This document shows positions 17,901-24,000 of a stretch of 24,000 bases of DNA, in pieces (position 1 is the first letter of the stretch; each line of letters begins with the position of its first letter). The DNA is taken from contig NZ_CP192511.1 in assembly GCF_050613185.1 (NCBI RefSeq), positions 229,721-253,720 of the forward strand, read 5' to 3'. A model generated the notes under the pieces. The model saw only the letters and a program-made list of their open reading frames with translations. It had not been told where the DNA came from and ran no database searches. The position numbers were made by a program, and so were the translations under genes. Source of the stretch: Testudinibacter sp. TW-1 (lineage in GTDB: Bacteria > Pseudomonadota > Gammaproteobacteria > Enterobacterales > Pasteurellaceae).

Positions 17901-20110
17901 GTTTTACCGATCCGCAAACGGCGTTCTACGGCAAAAAGCAGATGAATTTGGAGATGTTCGATATCTGGGGCAATGTGATCAAACAACTGAAAGCACGGCA
18001 AGCGGCAATCCGCAGTGGCGCGGGCGCTGATGAAGCCGGCGATATCGGCACGATGGCATTGCCGGAACTGGATATTGATTTGCTGACCTATTGGTCGAAA
18101 CCGATACTATTGGACCAACAAGGTAAAGCGCAACTTGATCTTGCCCTACCGCAATTTAACGGTAAAGTGCGGGTGATGGCGGTTGCTTGGAACAGCGAGC
18201 AAATCGGCACGGCGGAACAAACCTTAACCGTCAAAGAACCGCTGGTCAGCCAACTGATGACCCCGTTATTTTTGACGAACGGCGATCAAGGCGAAGCCAA
18301 AGTGCGGTTGCACAACACCAGCGATAAAGCGCTGCAACTGAATGTGGAACTGAGCGCCAATCCGTTAGTGCGATTCAGCGATAACAAAAGCCGCCAAGTC
18401 ATCAAGTTGCAACCGCAGCAAGAGATGACCCTGAACCGCACTTTTGCCGTTACGCAAAGCGGCAAAGCCGAATTCGAGCTGCAAATCAGCGGCGATATTG
18501 AGAAAAAACTGCAACGCTTTGCCGACGTGCGCAAACCAGCGCTGCCGTTTAACCGCTTAAGTTTGGCGCAACTGAACGGCGGCGCAAGCTGGCAATCCGC
18601 CCCGCTTGCCGCCAACCAAGGTGCGCTGTTCAAGCAAAAAATCACCTTGTCGAACCGTGCGCCGTTTGATCCACAAGAAGTGTTGGATTATCTGGCGAGC
18701 TACCCTTACGGTTGCGTGGAACAAACCGCCAGTGCGGCATGGAACAACCTGTTATTGGAGAACCTGATTGGCGGTTACCAACTGGCTGCGGATCGCTACC
18801 CTGAGCCAAGCCAACGAAAAAATAACCTTAACAATGCGCAATTACGCTTAGCCAATTTGCAGTTGAGCGACGGCAGTTTCTCGCTTTGGGGCAATGACGA
18901 CAGCGATCTGTGGCTGACGGCGTACAGTGCCGATTTCCTGCTCAATGCCAAAACGGAACTGGCGCAACAAAGCACCCTCAACCGCACTTTAAGCTATCTC
19001 AACCAAGCGGTGAACAATGCCGATTACCGTCGTTTTAACCGCGCCACCGCTGACAGCACCGCCTATGCTTATGCCTTATATGTCTTGGCGAAAAGCGGGG
19101 AATCGGTGCAAGGCGCGCTGTTGCGCGCGCTACCGATAGTGGCGGAAGGCAGTGAAATTTATCCGGCACGGCTGTTTATTCTGAACGGATTGCTTCAGCA
19201 AGGCGAAGTCGGCAAAGCCGCGCAACAACTGGCGCAAATCGCGCAAGCGCCGCAAGCGGTCAGTTTCGGTTATGCCAACTACGGCGGCGCATTGCGCGAT
19301 TATGCCAATTCGATGGTGTTGTTGTATGAATTGCAAGCGCAGATACAACAGCTGAATCTTGCCGATGCGCAATTAAGCGCAAACGTGGAAAAAGCCACAA
19401 GTGCGGTCTGGTCGGCATTGTTAAACGAGCTGAAATCCAGCCATTATTTCAGCACCCAAGAAGCGCATTGGTTAGCCAAACTGGCGACGTTATTGCCGCA
19501 AACCCAACAAGAAACCGAGTTGTTGGTTAACGGCAAGAAAGTGCGGTTTGACCGCCTAACCACCTTGCAGTTAGACAAAACGCCGACGGTGGACGTGGTC
19601 AATCAAGGGCAAAATGCCGCCTTTATTACCCTGAATCAATGGATTGAGCCGACACAAGCCGCGTATATCAGCAATGGTTATAAGCTGAACTTGAGCTATT
19701 ATGATCTGCAAGGCAAAAAACTTGATCCGAGCAAGTTAAAACTGAATCAATGGGTATTATTGGAATTTGACATCGCCAAAACCGATAGCGCGCCGAAAAC
19801 CAATGCGGACATGATGTTGGTTTATCCGCTGCCAGCCGGTTTTAAACTGAGCGACAATATGCCGTTTGCGTCGCCGAACGAAGCGGAAAACGGTGCACCG
19901 CAGCTGATCGCGAACTTCAGTGAGAACCGTGACGATCGTCATTTAGCCGCCTTTACCTTTGATAAAGATCAAACCAAGTTGCTGCACCGAGTCGTGGTGC
20001 GTGCGGCACAAACCGGCAGTTGGCAAGCGCCGGCGTTGAGCTTGGAAAATATGTACCAACCGCAATACCGGGCACAAACGCCGTCGGCGACGGTAGTAAT
20101 TGCACCCTAG
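14921..20110 (+). CDS. yfhM: Bacterial alpha-2-macroglobulin family protein (YfhM/ECAM-type, thioester-containing), about 1729 aa
   Basis: The thioester motif YPYGCVEQTAS has CVEQ at 18713-18724. The C-terminus (NRDDRHLAAF...ENMYQPQYRA) parallels E. coli YfhM. The signal peptide MKKLFSALFISLLPISAQA has no lipobox Cys. GAGGA lies 6 nt before the ATG at 14921, whereas the track begins at a TTG at 14915. Confidence 0.9.
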   Translation: MKKLFSALFISLLPISAQAAKWNNTALEQSAEQLIQQIDAFLAQAPQSGLYQQFDQTQLSELYQHAAGQARINPNAALSYANLKDKQAFNQLLFKLADNRLYGNTKIPYFYLYSRNNPDATVQYDFNQALIYDGQDNTEFAYTRFQRWVSQHNTVASEKAWRKFVTNYGFNLQRVNVDQSSDLPQVCLSFSQVVNPEPLQNWQQFLTVSDHSKLQWQYRGDQLCFTGEWGQDYQIQIDPKLQSEYHLRLSNDTDNERLIKTQVSTGQREPVLRFANNGTLLNAYGERNLTLETANVSQVDLALWQIPANNLANSRIRELIATPNSFYSWTVNSLLEDNARLLFNGHFRVENAEPNKTANNNILLDDLSPELKAGFYVLRAKQNGDDYNTTNIAFALNTQGFTAYKTPQGLWVEVRDLDSKKPLTGQTLTLYAKDNAILATAKTDRNGVAFFAQAAVSGQQGAQPSHVISLDQPHLGYLDLIDNSIDLSNKGLSGELENPLMQSWIWFDRGVYRPNDLANGMMLFKTPDGKPFHSASIWATLQRPDGKTFSVAELKPHANGAYYFEQAFRPEVRLGSWKLTLSLAKDGKGYLAQHTLPVAAILPQQIEVKTRAATAQLTQNQTALFSVQADWLYGAPASGQSGYINWQVQPTDKPINGWQDWQIGLFDEKINAISQNESLPHTNANGQSQFSLALDNMPRSSKPLQLNLQSTVIEPNGQEVSSKLQLPIQRAQPYAALKVNDRLAEIALINDNGEPQNGTLNWKLYRVSYNWYWSNSGGYWQYNINENRTLAQQGTININANGNNRLELPINDGSWVLEVQGENHLTAASLPLEYGNWTQPNINNAPDTISISSDKARYQNGEKVKVRLRAPFDGPLSVKLAQREILENHQLNFKNGEAELEFNWQDDWAQGIWLLANGWNENPNENQNLRAVGLHWLGNDLTAIKLDLQLDLPSEVLPSQTINLPIRLKNKATQPSWLQVAVVDEGLYQLAKASFTDPQTAFYGKKQMNLEMFDIWGNVIKQLKARQAAIRSGAGADEAGDIGTMALPELDIDLLTYWSKPILLDQQGKAQLDLALPQFNGKVRVMAVAWNSEQIGTAEQTLTVKEPLVSQLMTPLFLTNGDQGEAKVRLHNTSDKALQLNVELSANPLVRFSDNKSRQVIKLQPQQEMTLNRTFAVTQSGKAEFELQISGDIEKKLQRFADVRKPALPFNRLSLAQLNGGASWQSAPLAANQGALFKQKITLSNRAPFDPQEVLDYLASYPYGCVEQTASAAWNNLLLENLIGGYQLAADRYPEPSQRKNNLNNAQLRLANLQLSDGSFSLWGNDDSDLWLTAYSADFLLNAKTELAQQSTLNRTLSYLNQAVNNADYRRFNRATADSTAYAYALYVLAKSGESVQGALLRALPIVAEGSEIYPARLFILNGLLQQGEVGKAAQQLAQIAQAPQAVSFGYANYGGALRDYANSMVLLYELQAQIQQLNLADAQLSANVEKATSAVWSALLNELKSSHYFSTQEAHWLAKLATLLPQTQQETELLVNGKKVRFDRLTTLQLDKTPTVDVVNQGQNAAFITLNQWIEPTQAAYISNGYKLNLSYYDLQGKKLDPSKLKLNQWVLLEFDIAKTDSAPKTNADMMLVYPLPAGFKLSDNMPFASPNEAENGAPQLIANFSENRDDRHLAAFTFDKDQTKLLHRVVVRAAQTGSWQAPALSLENMYQPQYRAQTPSATVVIAP

Positions 20111-22255
20111 ATGATCACTTGGTTGAAAAAAACATTAACCGCACGCCGCAATCAATATCTGTTATTGATTGCGGTGCTATCGGTTTTTGCCCTGCCCCGT
20201 CTGTTAGACCGCCTGTTTCCGCTGGATTTACAGCGCTATCAACAAACCGCCACCATCGTCACTGACCGCAACGGCGAATGGCTGCGCGGCTATTTGTCGG
20301 CAGATCAACATTGGCGTTTGGCGTTGGAAACCGAACAACTGCCGCTCGATTATTTACGCCTGCTGATTACCTACGAAGATCGCCGTTTTTACCAACACGG
20401 CGGCATTGATTATTTGGCGATTGCGCGTGCCGCCGGGCAGAATCTGGCTAGCGCTAAAATCGTGTCGGGGGCTTCTACGCTCAGCATGCAAACCGCCCGT
20501 TTGCTAATGCCGCATTCGCGCGACTGGCAAGGCAAAATCGGCGAACTGTTTCGCGCTTGGCAGTTGGAACGGCACTTCAGCAAAGAACAGATTTTGCAAA
20601 TCTATATGCAACTTGCGCCAATGGGCGGCAATTTGGAAGGGATCGCCGGCGCCAGCCGTTATTATTTTAACAAACCTGCGGATAAATTATCGCTGGCGGA
20701 AGCCGCTTGGTTGGTGTCGCTGCCGCAATCACCGCACTTTTACAATCCGCTGCGCTATCCGGAACAAGCCAAGCAAGCGCGCAATCGCGTGCTGCAACGG
20801 GCATTCGCATTCGGGCAAATCACGCAGGAACAATACCAAAATGCGGTTGCGCAGGCGCTTGAAATCAATCCGACCCCATTCCCGTTTTCCGCACCGCACT
20901 TTACCGATCGCCTCAAACGCACGCAGCCGAATGCGCCGCTGATTCGCAGCAGTTTAGACAAACCGTTACAGCAAGGTTTGGAAAGCCTGTTACAACACAG
21001 CCTGCCGCAACGCCACCCTAACGGCAATTTGGCGGCGGCGATTATGGATAATCACAGCGGCGAATTTTTAGCGTACGTCGGCTCGGCGGACTTTTTTTCC
21101 GTCGCACGCCAGGGGCAGGTGGATATGCTACAAGCGATCCGCTCCCCCGGTTCGGCGTTAAAACCGTTTATCACCCTGTTTGCCTTCGATTGGCTGAATT
21201 ATCAGCCGACCACCCTGATTCAAGATACGCCGATTGTCGATGATAACTATCAGCCGAATAACTACGACGGCGCCTATCAAGGGGAAATCACTCTTGCCAG
21301 CGCTTTGCAACGCTCGCGCAATGTACCGGCGGTGCGTTTGCTGCGGGCGATCAATCCGTTTCGTTTCAACAGCCACCTGCAACGGCATGGCCTGCCGCTC
21401 TATCTGCCGCCCAATGCGCAGCCCAACCTCGCCCTTGCTTTAGGCGGCGTCGGGATCAAAGGCACGGATTTATTGCAACTCTACCGCACTTTGGCAAATT
21501 GCAGTTACGGCATGGCAAGTGCAAATCCGTTGGCTTCGCCGCAAAGCTGTTGGCAAGTAACGGAAATTCTGCAACAAAACCAAGATCAAAACGGGCGGTT
21601 ATTTTGGGGCAAAGAACCGGTGGCGTTTAAAACCGGCACCGCATACGGCTGGCGCGATCAGTGGCTGTTCGCCTACACCCGCGATTACAGCATGGTGTTA
21701 TGGGGCGGACGTGCCGACGGCAAATTCGCCACTCGCCGTGCCAGCGCGGAAGATCTGATTCCGTTGCTGCGTAAAGTGATCGGCTTGTTGCCCAATCCGC
21801 CGCGTGAATACCGCGCCCCAAGCTATCCGCTTGCCATTCAGCACGGCAAACTGCCGCCTCGTTTGCAGCGCGTCGAACATCCCGCTTCAAACCGCACTTT
21901 AACAACAAAAACATCGGCTTTGTCGATTATTGCACCGTTAAATCACAGCCGATTAGAGCTGCCGCAACGGCAAGATCTCACCCTGCAAATCAGCGGCGGC
22001 ACCCCGCCCTATCTCTGGTTTTTGAATGACCATCTGATTTACCAAGGCAATGATCTGCGTTACTTGTTAAGCCAAAATGACAATCAAACCCAACAAAGCA
22101 GTTATCGTTTAGTGGTGATCGATGCCGACGGCAACAGTGCGCAAAGCGATTTCAGTCTGCGATTTAACCAAGTTGAAAACAGTAAACGCGAAAATCGGGT
22201 AAAAATAATTCGATCAGCTTCCCCAATGAAATCGCAACCGGTTGATAAAAATTAA
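20111..22255 (+). CDS. pbpC: Penicillin-binding protein 1C (bifunctional glycosyltransferase/transpeptidase), 714 aa
   Basis: Has an N-terminal TM anchor and the GT51 motifs EDRRFYQHGGID and GASTLSMQ. The transpeptidase motifs are SALK (in SPGSALKPF), SRN and KTGT. The C-terminal PbpC-type domain contains SGGTPPYLWFLND. The ATG directly follows the yfhM TAG (20108-20113). Confidence 0.9.
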   Translation: MITWLKKTLTARRNQYLLLIAVLSVFALPRLLDRLFPLDLQRYQQTATIVTDRNGEWLRGYLSADQHWRLALETEQLPLDYLRLLITYEDRRFYQHGGIDYLAIARAAGQNLASAKIVSGASTLSMQTARLLMPHSRDWQGKIGELFRAWQLERHFSKEQILQIYMQLAPMGGNLEGIAGASRYYFNKPADKLSLAEAAWLVSLPQSPHFYNPLRYPEQAKQARNRVLQRAFAFGQITQEQYQNAVAQALEINPTPFPFSAPHFTDRLKRTQPNAPLIRSSLDKPLQQGLESLLQHSLPQRHPNGNLAAAIMDNHSGEFLAYVGSADFFSVARQGQVDMLQAIRSPGSALKPFITLFAFDWLNYQPTTLIQDTPIVDDNYQPNNYDGAYQGEITLASALQRSRNVPAVRLLRAINPFRFNSHLQRHGLPLYLPPNAQPNLALALGGVGIKGTDLLQLYRTLANCSYGMASANPLASPQSCWQVTEILQQNQDQNGRLFWGKEPVAFKTGTAYGWRDQWLFAYTRDYSMVLWGGRADGKFATRRASAEDLIPLLRKVIGLLPNPPREYRAPSYPLAIQHGKLPPRLQRVEHPASNRTLTTKTSALSIIAPLNHSRLELPQRQDLTLQISGGTPPYLWFLNDHLIYQGNDLRYLLSQNDNQTQQSSYRLVVIDADGNSAQSDFSLRFNQVENSKRENRVKIIRSASPMKSQPVDKN

Positions 22256-22257
22256 CT

Positions 22258-22282
22258 CTGCAAAATGCAAGCAGTTTTTTTT
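22258..22282 (+). terminator. Weak intrinsic terminator after pbpC
   Basis: A short stem CTGC/GCAG (22258-22261 and 22271-22274) is followed by T8 (22275-22282) and a further T6. The stem is only 4 bp, so this call is low confidence. Confidence 0.3.
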
Positions 22283-22361
22283 CGTTTTTTAGCGATCGAT
22301 TCAAGATCTTAAGTGCGGTTTATTGTATGATTACGTCTATTCCCAAACATAACAAAACTCA

Positions 22362-23723
22362 ATGATTATTGGAGCGTCCCCCGTGTCTTCCCTTTGGCAG
22401 GATTGTCTTTCGCATTTACAAGATAAAGTATCGCCGACCGATTTCAGCACTTGGCTGCGACCGTTACAGGCGGATTTAGATCAGGAAATGTTGGTGCTGT
22501 ATGCCCCGAACCGTTTTGTAATCGGTTGGGTGCAAGATCGTTATTTGAGCCAAATTAAAGACACGGTGCGTTTTTTATCCGCCAATCCGCAATTCAAAGT
22601 CAAACTGGTTGAAGGGATTAAACCGCAACACAGTGCACCAGCGGCGCAAAGTGCGGTCGCCGGCGAAGCCGCAAAAGCGGCGGAGGAAAGCAAGCCGTTT
22701 CGCAGCAATCTGAATCCGAAACATACTTTCGATAATTTTGTCGAGGGGAAATCCAACCAAATGGCACGCGCAGTGGCGCAAAAAGTGGCTGATAATCCGG
22801 GCAGTTCCGATTCCAATCCGCTTTATCTCTACGGCGGCACCGGTTTGGGCAAAACCCACTTATTGCACGCCATCGGCAACGGCATTCTGGCGGATAATCC
22901 GAATGCCAAAGTGGTGTATATGCATTCCGAACGTTTTGTGCAGGAAATGGTAAAAGCGTTACGCAACGACAAAATTGATCATTTTAAAAAGTTCTATCGC
23001 AATCTTGACGCGTTGCTAATCGATGATATTCAGTTTTTTGCCAATAAAGAGGGCACGCAGGAAGAGTTTTTCCACACTTTCAATGCGTTATTCGAAAGCA
23101 ACCACCAAATTATTCTGACCTCGGATCGCTACCCGAAAGAGATCGAAAAAATCGAAGATCGCCTCAAATCGCGTTTCGGCTGGGGCTTAAGCATTGCGAT
23201 TGAACCGCCTGATTTAGAAACGCGAGTGGCGATTCTGATGAAGAAAGCCGAAGAAAGCGGTATGGATTTGCCGGAAGAAGTGGCGTTTTTTATCGGGCAA
23301 AAATTGCGTACCAATGTGCGTGAACTGGAAGGGGCGCTGAATCGGGTGCGCGCTTGGTCGGATTTTAAAGGCGAACACATCACCATTGATCTGGTGCGCG
23401 AAGCCTTGAAAGATATGTTGGCATTGCAAGACAAGCTGGTGACGATTGAAAACATTCAAAAAATCGTGGCGGAATACTACAAAATCAAAGTCTCGGATTT
23501 GAAATCCAAAAGCCGCTCACGCTCGGTCACCCGCCCGCGCCAATTGGCAATGGCACTGGCAAAAGAGTTGACCAACCGCAGCCTGCCGGAAATCGGCAAA
23601 GCCTTCGGCGATCGCGATCACACCACGGTGTTGCACGCCTGCCGTACCATTGCGGATTTGCGCGAAAAAGACAATAATATCCAAGAAGATTTCTCTAATT
23701 TAATTAGAACGCTATCAGCATAA
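22362..23723 (+). CDS. dnaA: Chromosomal replication initiator protein DnaA
   Basis: [11 protein letters not shown]...[10 protein letters not shown] matches the DnaA N-terminus. AAA+ Walker A ([10 protein letters not shown]), box VII and the C-terminal DNA-binding helix ([10 protein letters not shown]) are present. A GTG at 22383, preceded by GGAG 8 nt upstream, is an alternative and perhaps better start. Confidence 0.95.
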   Translation: MIIGASPVSSLWQDCLSHLQDKVSPTDFSTWLRPLQADLDQEMLVLYAPNRFVIGWVQDRYLSQIKDTVRFLSANPQFKVKLVEGIKPQHSAPAAQSAVAGEAAKAAEESKPFRSNLNPKHTFDNFVEGKSNQMARAVAQKVADNPGSSDSNPLYLYGGTGLGKTHLLHAIGNGILADNPNAKVVYMHSERFVQEMVKALRNDKIDHFKKFYRNLDALLIDDIQFFANKEGTQEEFFHTFNALFESNHQIILTSDRYPKEIEKIEDRLKSRFGWGLSIAIEPPDLETRVAILMKKAEESGMDLPEEVAFFIGQKLRTNVRELEGALNRVRAWSDFKGEHITIDLVREALKDMLALQDKLVTIENIQKIVAEYYKIKVSDLKSKSRSRSVTRPRQLAMALAKELTNRSLPEIGKAFGDRDHTTVLHACRTIADLREKDNNIQEDFSNLIRTLSA

Positions 23724-23757
23724 CGTATCGACATAAAAAGAAAACAAGAGGTTGAAT

Positions 23758-24000
23758 ATGCAATTCTCGATCACAAGGGAAAACCTGATTAAACCCCTGC
23801 AGCAAGTTTGCGGCGTGTTAAATTCACGTCCACCGACAGCGGTATTGCATAACCTGCTGCTACAAGTGGACGGCAACCGTTTAATTCTGACCGGCACCGA
23901 TTTGGAAGTGGAACTGTCCACCCAATCGCAATTGAAAAGTGCGGATCAGGACGGTTTTTATACTATTCCCGGCAAAAAGTTTTTAGATATTTGCCGCAGT
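23758..24000 (+). CDS. dnaN: DNA polymerase III beta sliding clamp, 5' part (runs off the window)
   Basis: My manual translation gives MQFSITRENLIKPLQQVCGVLNSRPPTAVLHNLLLQVDGNRLILTGTDLEVE..., which parallels the E. coli DnaN N-terminus. AAGAGG lies 6 nt before the ATG. The frame is open to position 24000. Confidence 0.9.
   Translation, partial: MQFSITRENLIKPLQQVCGVLNSRPPTAVLHNLLLQVDGNRLILTGTDLEVELSTQSQLKSADQDGFYTIPGKKFLDICRS

Noticed and set aside
20020-20265. An 81-aa ORF bridges the yfhM/pbpC junction, and a 109-aa ORF at 20613-20942 lies in another pbpC frame.
   Set aside because: They are alternative frames of strongly supported genes with Arg-rich junk-like sequence. The junction is better explained by TAG-ATG translational coupling.

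Overview
This window looks like the origin-proximal housekeeping region of a Pasteurellaceae chromosome. I found 34 exact copies of the Hin-type uptake signal sequence core AAGTGCGGT/ACCGCACTT, against about 0.2 expected by chance. The conserved backbone is present: a partial hcr, mnmE, yidC, yidD, rnpA, rpmH, dnaA and a partial dnaN. Two accessory blocks interrupt it. (1) An eight-gene, tightly packed minus-strand operon (4560-12081) sits between yidC and mnmE. It resembles the uncharacterised E. coli yhfZ-yhfY-yhfX-yhfW-yhfU-yhfT-php-yhfS cluster: an HTH regulator, a stand-alone PRD protein, two PLP enzymes, a phosphopentomutase-like enzyme, a DUF2620 protein, a permease and a phosphotriesterase-homology amidohydrolase. 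As far as I know it has no assigned substrate or pathway, so it is my best candidate for an undescribed system. (2) A thioester-containing bacterial alpha-2-macroglobulin (1731-aa ORF) abuts pbpC and lies between rpmH and dnaA. It has a non-lipoprotein signal peptide and an extended N-terminus. The left end carries an ASBT-like transporter translationally coupled to a YwiC-like membrane protein, a GNAT acetyltransferase downstream of mnmE, and a roughly 250-bp composite palindromic element between convergent genes. I saw no transposase, integrase, CRISPR array, tRNA, rRNA or convincing oriC. All family calls rest on motif and sequence recognition by eye, with no searches run. Most short ORFs in the supplied track are antisense or alternative-frame shadows of the real genes.
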